Source: Convolutriloba macropyga
Lineage: Eukaryota
Length of the DNA: 64,000 bases
NCBI RefSeq assembly: GCF_964194025.1
Contig: NC_134468.1
Location: 24,118,001 to 24,182,000 of the forward strand
Reading direction: 5' to 3'
Shown: positions 40,050-54,415 of the stretch, one piece after another
Numbering within the stretch: the first letter of the stretch is position 1
How the letters are laid out: each line of letters starts with the position of its first letter
Position numbers and translations under genes: made by a program
Notes under the pieces: generated by a model
What the model was told of the DNA's origin: nothing
Seen by the model: only the letters and a program-made list of their open reading frames with translations
Databases searched by the model: none

Positions 40050-41810
40050 CAGTAAGGTCACTGAAGTCATTGAAAAAGTCGATTCCACGAAGTGAGGGTA
40101 AGACGAAACAAAAATCTGTTAGACGAAGTAAAAAAAACATAGCAAGACAAGTCCTGAAATACAATTCAAAGAATTGAAAGAAAAACTTAGAAGTACTCTA
40201 CCTGACAATCAGATCAGTTGAACAATGCCAGCAAAACAAACAAAATCTCAAAAAACTGAGAAACAAACAATCAAATAAACTAAAGAAAAATATACTCACT
40301 GCTAAAACTCTTGAAGCTTTTGCCCCTATGCCAAAAATTGATCCCTTTATATATACCTAATTCAAAAATACGTTCAAAACCAATTTTTGTTTCTGAAACC
40401 TGAAATCATTCCAGTATTCATGTGCAAGACCTGAAAAAAATTCATTGGACCTTGAAGATCGATTAACTCGAAAATGACAGAAAATTTTAATTAATCGATC
40501 TTCAAGGGCCAATGAATTTTTTCAGGTCTTGCAGATATAATACCGGACCAACTTCAGAACCAAAATTGGTTTTGAACATATTTTTGGATTAAGTATATAT
40601 AAGGGGGTCAAATTTTGCTAGAGGGGTAAAAGCTTCAAGAGTTTTAGCAATGAGTATATTTTAGCTTGTTTGATTATTTCCTCCTGTTTTTTTGATTAAT
40701 TTGTTTGTGTTTTGCTTGGCATTGTTCAAGTGATCTGATCATCCGATAGAGTACTTCAAAGTTTTTCATTCAATTCTTTGAATTGTATTTCAGGACTTGC
40801 CCTGCTTTTTTTTTTACTTCGTCTAACAGAATTTTGTTTCGTCTTACCCTGCCTTCTTGGAATTGAATTTTTCAATGACTTCAGTTATTTTGCTGCTACA
40901 GTGATATTAGGGCACTGCATAGTTTCTAGTAACAATGCATTGGTTCTTAACAATTTAATATCTTGAATATTAAACATTTCATAAAATCTACAACTTTTTA
41001 AGGTTTCCTTAAGTCCAATCTCCTTAAGTCCAATCTTTTTCCAATCTCAAGCGCAAGAAAACCTATTCCACGGTCTGATAAAAGTTACTGAATGGTGGTT
41101 AACTTCAATGCATTTTCAATAATTTCAACAATTTAACCTTTCAAATTTTAAAAAATTTTTTGATAAAATTTGCATTTTTTTCAAGTTTTTTTCAAAACAT
41201 TCGTCTTTTATTCAATTTTCCTCGCCTCAGTAGCCAGATAACCCCATCAAGGGTTTGATAGTATATTATTAAATAGTCGCTAGGAGGCAATTGAATGGTT
41301 TTCAAGATGGTTTCAACGAACTTCTATTTTTTAAATTTCGAAAGGTTAAATTGTTGGAAACAAATCCATTGAAACTAGAAACTATGCAGTGCCCTATTAT
41401 CACTGTAGCAGCAAAGTAACTAAGTCATTGAAAAAGTCAATTCCAAGAAGGCAGGGTAAGACGAAACAAAAATCTGTTAGACGAAGTAAAATCCATGGCA
41501 TGGCAAGTCCTGAAATACAATTCAAAGAATTGAATGAAAAACTTAGAAGTACTCTACCTGACAATCAGATCAGTTGAACAATGCCAGCCAAAACAAACAA
41601 ATTTTTCTCAAAAAAATTGAGAAAAAAACAATCAAGAACAAAGAACTAAAGAAAAATATACTCACTGCTAAAACTCTTGAAGCTTTTACCCCTATGCCAA
41701 AATTTTATCCCTTTATATATACCTATTTAAAAAATATGTTCAAAACCAATTTTTGTTTCTTAAATCTGAAATCGGTCCTGTATGTGCAAGACCTGAAAAA
41801 CTTCAGGAAA
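40050..41810. repeat. Three-arm inverted repeat (+,-,+) with ~420-460 bp arms
   Basis: Arms at ~40050-40466, ~40491-40960 (inverted) and ~41345-41810. The centre is gatcgattaa-(~24 nt)-ttaatcgatc. Confidence 0.9.
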
Positions 41811-43442
41811 CCTAAAATGAAATTTAAACGTTAAAACCAATCCATTGGTACTAAAAACTATGCAGTGCCCTATTGTCAAACCTGCTCGAAAAAATGACAA
41901 GACAAAAATTTTCAAAAAAACTTTGAAAATTGCAAAAATTAGTATCATTTTGCGTGTTTGTGTTTGTAGTACTGAAACATACAGCTCATAAAAGGGTCAT
42001 AACAAGTAATTTGGTCTCGCAAAAGGCCTTAATCAACTTTTAAAAACTTCAACCTAAGACTAATCAAACAAAAAACTAAAAAGATTTTTGAAAAACAAAA
42101 AAAATTGCACCAATTGCCCAAAAACTGTAAAAATGAATTTTTAACCTTGAATTAAGGCCATCCCAGCAGCTGCACCACTCTAAGCACTTGAATGACTACT
42201 AAAGCTCACTTTGAGCCTCTATTGAAACTTAATGCCCGCTGGGCTTTACCTGTTTATCCCGTTTTGAAAGATCGAAGTCATTGAAAAATGTGTGAACACA
42301 TCTTTAAAAACACAGCGCCCCTATACAATTGAAATTCTTTGAATTGTAAAAAAAGGACAGCGCCTAAATAAATAAACAGCCATTTGAGAGGCTGACGGCG
42401 GCTATTAATTATGTAACAAAATGCACCCACTAAGCTGGAGGGAACAAACGGATAATACCCGAATTTCATTTCGAGTTTATATTCTAAATTCAAAACTTAC
42501 CGAGGATGGTACTCGGTAAAGCGCATTTGCACTATGCTTCGACACGCTCATCCGCATTTTGCTCATTTATCTTTTTCGAAATGAAACAGGGATAAGGTAC
42601 CAAATGAAACATACCAAATCAAAACAAGACTAAAAACCTAGGCTCAAATCAGTTTTCAATTAGGGAGATAAATGAGAATCAGTTCTGCCTATTTTTTTGT
42701 ATTTCAGGAGCAGACGTAAGATAAACTCCAAGAAAATGTCTTCTTATTCTGAAGCAGAATCAAAAATTAAACCAAATACAGTCGGACAAATGGCTCTCAT
42801 ATGACAGGCGAGGGGGCGGGGCGGGGGGGGGGGGGTGAAACGCACATTTCGAGCCTACTAAAGCTCTGAGACCAGCTCGGACATTTAATCCCCTTGTGCA
42901 TTACAATTTTATCGCATTTTTGAAGACGAAAAATCAACTTAAATCACTTAAGCGAATGGAAGAATGTTAAATCACAAATCTTGAACGAATGATTTTGCAC
43001 AACGAATTAATTTGTAAAGTAGAGAGTAGAAAAGGGCTTTCTTTTCGTGAATCTGAAGTTCGCTAAAAAGGAAATTGACGAGTTTGGAAGCAGAACTTAG
43101 TAAAATATCAGCCATTGACAAAATAGACAAAATTAATCAACTTACGTCGCCGCATATCTACTTTTGAAGCTCTCCAGCGTTTGCCAACCTTCAAAATTTT
43201 TAAATTGAACAATTAAAAAATCTGTTTTTTAAGGAAGTTATCGGAATAAACATTTCACATACTTATAAAAACTTTTGAAAAAAATTATCAGAGATTTCAG
43301 TTATGGTATCACAAAAGTCGACGAATTGAAATGCAGATGCATCAAACACTTCCAAAAACCTATATACCTATCAATAAAGAACTTAATCGATGATTGTAAA
43401 ACATGAAGACAACTTTCTCTGCCCTAGCTCAAATGAAAATAA

Positions 43443-44345
43443 ACTTACTAACGTTGGATGAATTGCTCTCGAACGACAGACGGGTCATTTTAATTTAGGG
43501 GGTGTAGCTTAGAAAAGTTTTATGCGTGCAAAAAACTTCCCCACTGGAGTTCGAACCCTGACCATGTTCGCCGCCTGACATCTTAACCACTCAGCTACAA
43601 AGGCTTTTCTTTCCTTTCACTCACAATCGCTTTAACCAACGAATCTTGTATCAAAAACGCAAATGCGATCAATCAAAAAAGAACTAATGGGTCACTCAAG
43701 AAGTCAAAAACAAAAACACAAAAGTGTCAAGCAAAAATTTTGCATAAAAAGACAAGTTTAAAATAAATACTTCAAACTTCGTTCAAGCAATTAAAAACGC
43801 AACCAGCTAATGTCAGAATTACTTTCAAATCGCTTTTCACTCACAATCGCTTTAACCAACGAATCTTGTATCAAAAACGCAAATGCGATCAATCAAAAAA
43901 GGAGAACTAATGGGTCACTCAAGAAGTCAAAAACAAAAGCAAAGTGTCAAGCAAAAATTTAGCATAAAAAGACAAGTTTAAAATAAATACTTCAAACTTC
44001 GTTCAAGCAATTAAAAACGCAACCAGCTAATGTCAGAATTGCTTTCGAAAACCAGGCGGGTGTATTATACTTTAGGGTTGTCGCTTAAAGTTTTTATGTG
44101 GGCAAAAACTCCGACCTCATCGGGGTTCCAACCCATAGAATAGAAGTGTGACATCTTAACCGCTGAGCAACAATCGCTTTTATATTGGCAACAAACAATC
44201 AAACGAGCAATTGAGATCAATAAAAAAAAGTGAAGCGAAAAAATCACTTGAAAAGTCAACGAACGTTCTAGAAAAGCGCGAAAAATTTGCTTAAAAAGAC
44301 CAAATCGTTTACATTAATTGCTATGAACTTCGTTCAAGAGCAAAT
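43443..44345 (-). mobile_element. HINE family 1 cluster: full copy 43443-43792, ~220 bp tandem duplicate of its end, then a truncated copy
   Basis: subTIR at 43461; ttcactcacaatcgctttaacc block at ~43616 and ~43836; tRNA-like segments at ~43538-43604 and ~44110-44175. Confidence 0.72.
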
Positions 44346-45559
44346 AGAAAAATCGGAAAATTCAAAACACGGTAATTGCAAGATGGTAGAAAACAATGGA
44401 TAAAACTAAACAGCTTTTCTGCCTTACATCAAGAAAATCTCTAACACGGGATATGGATCATGGACAAATTCAAAGTTCAGTAAAGATCAAAAACAACAGA
44501 AATCATTGGGAAAAAGTTGGAAAGCTTGACTTCAAGTCACGTCCTTTGTTTCGAAAGTGTTTGCCATATTATTTAAAAAATTTTGCTTTTTATAATTAAA
44601 ATTGTCAATTGAAGTAATTTATTAGAAACCTGACCACCATAGCTGGACGATTGCCAAAATTTCTTCGAACATATGCAGTTTCAAAATGAGAGAAAAGACA
44701 AAAAAGAAACATCAGTTTTTACTGACTGCTGAGATGTCATAATTGTATTTCAAAAAACTCCTCAAAGAACTTTCAATTATAATGAAAAAACATGAAGTGA
44801 CCTTATCTTCAATTAAAGTAAACAAAAGTCTCTGGGTGAGGGAAGTATGTCACTTGTGACCAAACATTTAATCACACGAATAAACAGAACGCTCGCTCCG
44901 TTAAAAGTGAAAAATGATTTTATGCAAGAAATTGAATAGAGATTGCATGAATGACAGAACAAAGAACATTTGAATGAGCGTAACATATGGCCGTAATAGA
45001 AATCTTGACGAAAAAAACAGCCATAATAAATTCCTGAAGCGACTAAAAAAATATAAAATGATTAGTGTAACATGAGCTGCATTAAATGAAAAAAAAACGC
45101 GTGCTATTCTAATCGATAAAACAACACTAAAAAAGGATTGGCCAAAGCAAAGAAATTACCGGAACACAAGCGAAAAACGAAGTAACACATCCAATTGACG
45201 AAAAGGCAAACCACTGCAGCGAGCACGTCTGTCATAAAACTTTGCTTAATACACGCACGCACACACGAGATGAAAAAAACATACGTAAAAAACTGACTCA
45301 GAGAAATATAATCAAAACTGGAATCATCAAAGTTATTCAGTTTCTTCGAAGAACGCCCCATACAAACAAAAACTCTAACGAAACAATGATCTTATTAAAC
45401 TCGTATTTTGTGAAGAAAAGTTTCCAGCCCAGGACTAATCGAACACCAAAATGAAGCTCTCAAAAACTTTTAAATCCCCCCATATGCCTACCAAATTGCA
45501 CAAACTAAAATTATCTATTACATTAACTAACTAAAATTATCTACTATATTAAAACATAA

Positions 45560-48425
45560 GCCAACTAACGTCGGAAGAATTCTCCTCGAATAACCGGCAG
45601 GGCATTTCATAGCGTAGCTTAGAAAGGTTTTATGGGTGAAAAGCTCAAAATAACTTTCATATAAGCAAAACACTTATCTCAGAATTCGAGCAACTTAGAT
45701 CACTCAAAATTGAAGTATTCGCGTGATAAAGTCGCTGAAGAAGACAAAGAAGTCAACAGAGCCAAAACAGCCAAGCAGAAATTTTGCATAAAAAACACGT
45801 TTACAAAAATCGCCTCAAACTTCGTTCGTGATTAAAAAAAACAAGACATTATTCAAAAATCTTTAGAAACAACTCTCAAGGAAACGTAAAGGAGAAAACC
45901 GCAAATTTTATCGTCCTGGCAAATGATTTAAATAGCTGAAAAAATGAGCTTTCATTCTGTGAGTAAAACTGGCTCAATAGTAATAAAACGCGAGTTGTTT
46001 TTTTGTTAAAACCACATAAATGGTCAATAAAAAGACTCGATTATCAATTATTTAATGTTAGACAATTTTACCCAGACAATCAATCTCTCAACCTTTTGTC
46101 ATGCGAAAATCGAGAAGCATGAAAAAGTCACTCGAGAACTGAATCGAGCTATGTCGAACAAAATGTTCAAGCAAAAAATTTTGCATTGAAGATCTTTACA
46201 ATAAATTCTTCAAACTTCGTCTAGGAGCAAATCAAAGCAGAGGTACACATTTTAAGTAAAATAAACAAAAAATTCCGGACAAACACCAAGAAAAACATTA
46301 ATATTTACGTTCAAAAAAACTTTAAGAAGTAAAATATTAAAGTAAAATCTTAAAGTCCTTGTTTCATTTCCTCGACTTCTTAAGATACGAGCTTTCAAAC
46401 GTACTTTAAAATCATGAAAAGGCTTAGAAACCCCTTTATGGAAGTATAAGGCAAACGAATTATCCCATATTCGGACAGATCGAAACTGAAAATGAAATTA
46501 AATGCTAAAATTAAAAATAAAACAGGATTCGAAAACGTAATCGACTAATGTTGGACAGCTTGCTCTCGAACGACTAACGTCAAAGATCAGTTAAACACTC
46601 ATTTTGGAGCCAAACATCATGAGAGGTGCAATATAGAAAAACATAACCGACTAACGTCGGGCGAATTGCTCTCAAACGACCGGCGAGGGGTTGGCTTCGT
46701 CAGTAGCTAGCCACGGGGGGGGGGGGGGGGGGACCGGGGGCTGATGGGGGGCAACAGCGCGGTGGGGCGTGGAGGCAATAGAGGGGGTGGGGTTCAACAG
46801 GGGGGGGGGGTGTCTCAACCTCTAAGAACCGGCCTTCACACCACACCATAAGTCTCCAAAACAGTTTGAGCTGAAACAGCTGATAGGCTCTAAGAGCACT
46901 TAATACCCGCTGGGCGCTACCTGTTTATCCCGTTTTTGAGGACGAAAAGTCAAAAGCGTCAGAGGAAAAATCGGTCAAGCGAAAAATCGCATTAAAAAAG
47001 ACCGACAGGACTAATATAATTGCTACAAACTTCGTTTGAGAGCAATTAATTAAGTATCTTCTAGTATCCAATGCAAGTATTAGTTGATCCGGAGCGAAAT
47101 TGCTCCGGTAATACCAAAGCCCCAACAACTCTGCTATCAGGGCCTTGTGAAAGCCTGTCTTACGGTCTCTTTTGTATTAGTAAGAGAGTTAATTTTTGAC
47201 ACAGAGCGATTTAGGTTATTATCGCTCGAAAAGTGAATAGAAAATTCTCTAGAAAATGGTCAAGCGAAAATTACATGAAAGAGACGTTGACAATAATTGC
47301 TGGAAACTTCGCTCGAGAGCAAATAAAAGCAGTGGAACATAAAAGGGAAACAACCGACTAACATCGGGCGAATTGCTCTCAAACGACTGGCGAGCGGAGG
47401 TCAGATTTTTTAGACTAAGAACCTCCTTTCACACAATGAAATTGTCTCCTCACAACAGTTACGGTGAATCATATACTTAGAAACTAGTAAGGCTCTAAGA
47501 GAGCTACTCAGCAAATTTATGCCCTCCGTGATTTACCTGTTTATGCCGTTTTTGAGCACAAAAGTCAAATAGGTCAGACGAAAAATCGGTCGAGTGAAAA
47601 ATCGCATTGAAGAAAGACCACGAGACTAATATAATCACTACCAACGACGATTGAGAGGAATTAAAAAATAATCTGAATTTTCCGACACAAAACAAGAAAA
47701 ACTGCTTGAAAATCCCGTTGAAATTTTTTTCTAAGAACCAAAATTTATTAGCTAAAACATTTAACTCGGTGTTTTCTTTAGTTGAACCCTTACGTCCTTT
47801 AGTATCTTGAAAGGATTTCCAAACTGCGTTATGGAATTTAAATGCATAAGAATGATCCCAGATTCGAACAGAACGAAACTGAAATAGAAACAATAGCAAC
47901 AATAAAAACCAAGTTTCAACAGTGTTGGGCAACTTGCTCTAAAACGACTGACGTTATAGATCAACTGAACACGCATTTTCAACACAAACATAATAGGACT
48001 TGCCAAAATTACGTCGTTTCTGAGATTGAGAAAATTAAAAAAGCAAAATTCAATGCAACAAGTTTTAGTTGCTATAAATATTAACGAGAAAACACTGTTT
48101 TACAGTGTTTCAAGCAGGGTGGTGAAAGGGAAATGCAGTGATACGCCCCAGAAATCTGTCTATCACAAAATAATTTTGTGTCTTCTCAGAAGCTTCGGTG
48201 ATTTGTACACTTAAGAGACTAGTGAAGCGCTAAGAGAACTGCTCAACCAAATTATCCCATTACCTGGGCTTTACCTGTTTATCCCCATTTTTGTGGACGA
48301 AAAATCAAATGGCCAGACCAAAAAAAAACCATTAGACAAAAAAGTCAGTAGCACAAATAACTGCATTAAAAAAGAAAGACCAACGCGACTAATATATTTG
48401 CAACAAACTTTGTTTAAGAGCGATT
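45560..48425 (-). mobile_element. Stack of six or more head-to-tail HINE family 1 copies/fragments (best copy 46647-47047, G-rich interior)
   Basis: ccgactaacgtcgg/aattgctctc ends at ~45560, 46540, 46647, 47353 and 47920. aacttcg...gagcaatt-like ends at ~45830, 46230, 47047, 47323, 47660 and 48425. Confidence 0.75.
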
Positions 48426-48490
48426 AAAAAGCATCGTTAAAGGCCAAACCTTCAAAGCGTGGTAAATGTGGTTCGAAAAATTTCGCTTAC

Positions 48491-49239
48491 AAGAAATCGG
48501 ACCACTCGTCTGTTGCTGCAGTGCCCGAAGTTGATGGGTTAGCTGAGCTCATACTAGGAGACGGAATGGGTTTAGGAGCCGTCACAGAAGACGGAGGGGC
48601 GGCAATCACGGGCTGAACAGGGTTCTGGGGCGCATTGTTCCCTCTATTCCTGCTACTGGGACCAGGAGGTGGGGGTAACAAACCAATTGGCCCACCGCCA
48701 GCGGAGGCCCCTTGCGGCCTCCTCGGTCGACTGGTACTTCCGTCGCCACTTTTACCTCCAATATTTATTTTGATAGTCTCTCCAGCTTTGAAACTAAGGT
48801 CAAGTTTAGGTGCGTTAGCTTCAGCTGCAGCTGCATCGTTGTCATCTGGTGTTTTCAGTTTCTTAAAATGATCTTGAAGAGAAACATTAAGATCAAAAGA
48901 ATCGCCTCTGTCCGCAAATCCGATTCCTATAAAAGCCTTGTCTCCTCTCTCGCTCACTAATCGTACGACAAAGTAGCGGCTAGAATCTGACACCGGTTCA
49001 ATAGCTGGCCCGGGATACTGTTCAATTGGACACTGGGCAAAAAGTTGACACGAATTTCGGTCTTCGAGTTTGAGAAAAAGTTTATCAGATTTGGATATCA
49101 GCCGCATACGACCTGTCCACTCAGGCTCTTCTAATTTCCAATCTGCAGCTCTATAGTTTCGGTTGCTGGTCCTTGGGGGGATTCTATATACAAACACTTC
49201 ATTCTTCACAAGCAGGATACTTTCATACGCGGCATCCAT
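48491..49239 (-). CDS. NECAP: Adaptin ear-binding coat-associated protein (NECAP), coding exon 1 of 2
   Basis: PHear domain ([19 protein letters not shown]...YRAADW...DSSRYFVVR...[25 protein letters not shown]), [23 protein letters not shown] and a WSDF motif. The apparent ORF stop overlaps a donor, TTC TT|GTAAGC. The exon is 749 nt (phase 2). Confidence 0.95.
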
Positions 49240-49799
49240 TATAATCTGAAAGAAAAAGGGATATTTTTAAGTGGTCAAGCTGTCATTTACTCAGAATTCT
49301 CGCAGTTGACTGAGTAGGGAATTTTTAGATCAGTCTTTTAAATTTTTCGTGTACCATTTCTTGAACAGAAAAAAACAACACTGCAGTCAACCTAAGTTTG
49401 TTCTGAGAAACCTAAGCTGAGTTCGAATTGCATGATGACTACCAGGGAAAAACATGGCACTCTTTTTTTAAATGATATTGCCGTTCTATAGGAGTACAAA
49501 ATATGGAAAATGTGTGCATAATAATTTGGCTAATTTAATTAAGACAATTTCTTGACATCGAGGACTTCAACATTCTGTGAAGTTAAGCTGTCAGCTTGCA
49601 CAAAAGTTGGACGGCCCCGCATAATCCATTAAACTTTCTCTAGAATTTGATACTTCTCATCGAAAGTTGAAAATTTCAAACGTGAATGCATCGTGCTCAA
49701 AGTTAAAACTCATAGTAATACACAAATTACACTCTTAGCAAAGAAGAAACTGCTTTTAACGTACGATATTCAGGATAACTTACCTATTGAAAAAGAAAT

Positions 49800-50172
49800 C
49801 AGGATTTTGAGTGGAGTATGGAGGGGGGTAGGGTTGTGACATCGCTGGACGAGAAGGGAGTTCAATTCGTCAGATTGGAGCAGGATGGACGGGGGGTGAC
49901 TGAGGGCATCAAACTGTTAAGAATAAGAATCGCCCACTCACACCCTGAAATTCTCTCCTCAGAACAGTTTCGAAGAATCGCATACTTAGGCTAAAAGGCG
50001 TAAGGCTCTAAGAGAGCTGCCCAGCCACTTAATGCCCCCGAGCGCTTCCTGTTTATACCACTTTTGAGGAAGAAAAGTCAAATGGGTCACATAAAAAATC
50101 GGTCAATCGAACAATCGCATCAAAAGTCCACAGTACTAAAATAAGTGCTAGCAACTTTGTTTGAAAGCAATT
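49800..50172 (-). mobile_element. HINE family 1 G-rich variant fragment
   Basis: Shares taaggctctaagag...ctgtttat...ttttgagga...aatcggtcaa...aactttgtttgaaagcaatt with 46647-47047. Confidence 0.65.
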
Positions 50173-53100
50173 AAAAAGTGTACTCATGCAATTTCGCCAG
50201 TTCTTTAAATATCTCTTCCTTGATTTAGAGTTGCTCACCTTATCCTTCTCGAAAGAAAACTGTTACTTTCTCCTTCAAAAAAATTGAACAGAACAGTTTG
50301 GCTCAACGGTTTTCCAAAAATGGTAGCTCGCCAAGTCGTTCCATTTTGTTTATAAGGATAGGTAGTCTAAGGAAATAGGACTATTTTCAATGCCTCATTG
50401 ACTAGTATGAGCCTTAAATAAAAATTTCTTTTCAACTCTAGCTGGTAGACTTATCACTTCCTGCATGAAAAAAATTCTATTAATTAGACCCAAGACAGGC
50501 TGATTTTTAAAATTAAGTTTGATACCTAAAACAAAGTTACAACTGTTTTAAATGTTTTAAAACAATTGTGCCGTGTTCAGTAATTGGAACGAAAATTCAA
50601 ACATGGCAAAGTCTTAGAAGCCTTTAGTTGCATCACTTGTATTTGCGTTCTAGCGGTTTAAATTGAGCCACCCAAATGGTCCGCTTCCCAGAATAAAATC
50701 TGACATAGAAAATAATTTTAGCATGCTGTTATTTTGAAGCCAACTCTGAAAATCCAAAAATCTTGCCTAAAGGCTTCCAAAAACGATTTCTGAGAAGTTA
50801 ACTAGGTACTTGCTCAATTTTAACATTTAGATTTGAGGTGCTTTTGAGGTGCGAAAGGGTGCCTACCCAAATGTGAATAACAGACAATACGGGAACAATT
50901 ACTTCAAGCAAACACTTTCAACTTACTGCTCTTCATGAGCTTTTTATTGTTCCGACCAACTTTATGCTCAACTGTTTTTTTTTTGCTCAGTAAATTTTCG
51001 CCGATAGATATATTCATCGTAGAGAGTTGTGATTCACATCATTAGTAAAGTAAGCTTGTCAAGAGTAGAATATCAAATTTAAAAGTTTTCGAATTTTGTT
51101 TTTTTCTGTGGAGTTACGGCGGTTTAAGGTTTTGTGAACTTCAGTCCCATTTCGTGTTGCACTGTTCAAATTTTCGGTATTTTTGCAGAAAATTCGATCA
51201 ATTTTTCTAAAATATGAAAAATTGTTAACATTAGTTCAATTGTTTTATGTTAAATTGACCTGTAATGCACACGTAAAAACTGCGGACTCAATTTTTATTT
51301 ACTGAGAGGAGGGCTATTTTTTACCTCTTGTTCCTAAAAAAGTTTTCTGGAACTAACATTTCGGCGCCCTTTTGATAAACTAAATCGACATTTATAAAAT
51401 ACAAACCATTTATTTTTGATGAAGGTTTTTGTTTGCCAAAACAACTGTTACATCACTATTTCCGACAATTAATTTTTTCAACAGCCGCTCAGTGATAGCG
51501 AGTCCAGTTTTGTTGTCAAGGTTGATTTTTTATAATAAGGGTTCAGATTGTACTTTTGTATTTTGGCATTATTGAAATGATTATCCCCATTTTTATCTCC
51601 ATTGCCAACAAGTCTATTTTCACGTAAAATTCAGTTAATGAGAGATTCCATTTATGATCAAAAGAGGCGTATTGAATAAATAGATTATTTTTTCTCAGGA
51701 AAATATATGTTTTATTGTTGAAAAATTTTTAATTTTCAGATCAGTCTTTTAAATTTTTAGTGCAACATCGCAGTCAACCTAAGTTTGTTCTGAGAAACCT
51801 CAGCTGTTTTCGAATTGCATGATGACTACCAGAACAAAACATGTTTTCGTTTCTTGAACTTTAAAAAGGCCTTGTTCGGTATCACAGCAGCTATTATTGA
51901 AACTTAAAAACACTTTCAGTTGTTATCTCAAAAGCTCATCGCTGATATAACTATAGTCATCAGAAATTGATAATTTCATATGGATATTGATTTTGCTAAC
52001 ATTTCAAAAAATTAGTTATTTTAATAAACGAGCAGCAAAAACAGGGCTAGCTTTGATCTAATTATGGAATTTTACAATCCAACGACTTGACGGATTATAA
52101 TGGCCACTCTCCTTGTTTAAGAAAATTGCCTTTCTTGGGTTTTTTGTTAATTACAGACCAGAATGATTTCAAAGCTTATGGAATTTTTGTTTGCTAAAAA
52201 TGGTTTGTGAAATTTTGAGCTTTACCTGCATTAATTATTGTTTTGCAGTCTTTGAACTAAGTCGCACTAATTACAGGTCCAACTGACTTCTTAAGTAGTT
52301 ACAATTTGAACCATTTACTACTTTTTGAACGTTTATGGTTATAACTTTTGAAAAAAATTAATGGTTTTGAGCTCTGCCACATTTTATCTTATTTCTGTAA
52401 CCTTGACGCTCAGTCTCAGCAAACAGAGAGAGATCACACCCTCTTTCGATTGAATTAGAATTTCGTCTATTTTCTGTTTCATCAATCAAATACTGATTTT
52501 TGGGCTTCGATACAAGTTTTCATAACTGTTTGATATTTGAACAATTTCCATTTTTGAAGTTTTTACTGCTGTCTTGGCACATATGACTCGCTAACCAGAA
52601 GTCACATATCACATTAATGACATTGAAAGAAGGCGCAATTGATTTTATCTAATTTTTAAATAGAACACGATTTTAACAGCTCCGACAGCCTTCTCTCTCA
52701 AAATTTAATTTAAAATTTGATTTTTGCCTGTATCTCTTCCTTTTGTAGTTGCATAACATTCTGGATGAGTAAAAGTATCAACGGCTGCCTAAGAGGCATA
52801 AACAAAGCTTTTGTCATTTAAGCTTTTTTAAATTTGCCCTTTTGGTTTTTTTTAACTATTTGATAATTATCTCAATAAAGACGGTTCCCAAATGTTTTCT
52901 AATTAAATGCAAGCCAATTTGTTAAGTTTTACCTGATGCTATCTTGAATTTGTTTTATGATTTTTTAAAAGAAACAGATAGTGATTTTTCGTCATAATTA
53001 ATACTTGTTGATTTAATGATTTTTTGTTTGTCTTGTCGTTTATTTTTGTTAATGGCAGGTATCAATTGCCCTCTAAAGATGCATTATTTAATTTGTTTAG

Positions 53101-54143
53101 TTGTATGAGCATAAAGTGATTTTTAGATCGATACGCCAACTATTCTTTTAAGAACTTTCCAATCTATTGCTCATTTGGTAGACTATAAAATCAAAAATGT
53201 GGTTGAGCGGAGTCGGAACATTATGTGCAAATGCACATTACCAAGCCTCCTTGTTGTTGCCTTTTATTATGGGCAAAATTGGGGCTTTTAAATAAGTAAA
53301 ATCTATAAAGACCACTTCTAGGATAACAAAAACAACAGCATGAAGGTATTTACAGCAAACTTCGTTTGAGACCTACTCGAAAACCAAATAATGCAGTCTT
53401 CCCAGCTGAAACTTTCCAAAAGTAGGATTGAGCGAAAAGGTGACCGAACTTACTTAAATTATCTCTTTGAAACAGGAATCTAAGCATCTTCAGACGTTTC
53501 GACGAACCATACATTACAAACTAGTTTAAGCCCAAGCAGACTGCAGTTTAGGCCCGCTCTCCCACCAAAAGTCAAATCAATGAGACCAAAAAATGAAACA
53601 AGCGGTACTATAGATCGTAGAAAAAGAAAAACCATCTTAAATACATGTCGCTTAACTAATATTGACCAATAAGTTATCCTGTTACAATCCCAGTTTTTAG
53701 TTCAAGAGTCAGTTTATCAGATAGGGTTTTAAATTAGGCATTTATGACAAAAACTATTACAACAATCAAACCTGAAAACGTCTTCAACAACAAATTGCTT
53801 TTGGAAATGTGATCTAACTAAATTCCACAGCTCTTGCAGCTCCAACTGAGTTGAAAAACAGAGATCGACGTCATTCGTTATCAGTTGAAGTGCTTAGGAA
53901 CTGACAGCACTTATTTCAAATCAACTTAGCGATAATATTATATTACATTTCTTAACTTTAAATACACGAAAAACGACATTTCAAATGCAAATGAGTGCCA
54001 ACACAAGAAAACTTAGCAATTTGTGCTCCTCAGTAACTATCGATATCATACATAACGCGGACAACAGACAGGAAATCACGTCGTAATCAATTTTTATCAA
54101 ATCAAATATTAAACTGATGGAAAAGTTGTCATTCAATTTCATG

Positions 54144-54415
54144 CTAAGTGTCTCCATTTCCATTTGATACTGAGTCATGATCATCGACATTCTCGTAGAC
54201 CTGTTCCTCGCCTTCCTCGTCCCCTTTAGCAGCAGCATTTTTATCAGGCACCCATAGTCCACTGTCCACACATTTCTTCAGCCACATTTCGGCTTCCGCA
54301 GGCTCGTATTTCGCAAATGTGTCTTTCAGCATTTGGATATCTTTGGTGTCAAAGCATTGCTTCAAATCAGCTGGTAGTTCTTCATACACTTCCACTGGAT
54401 CTAGACCTCCTGGTC
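54144..54415 (-). CDS. CDC37: Cdc37 coding exon 2 of 2 (joined protein ~381 aa)
   Basis: Acceptor gtcatttcag|GACCAGGAGGT. Joining restores the conserved ERQKRLGPGGLDPVEVYEELP, followed by LKKCVDSGLWVP. The exon is 272 nt and phase-compatible with exon 1. Confidence 0.95.
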
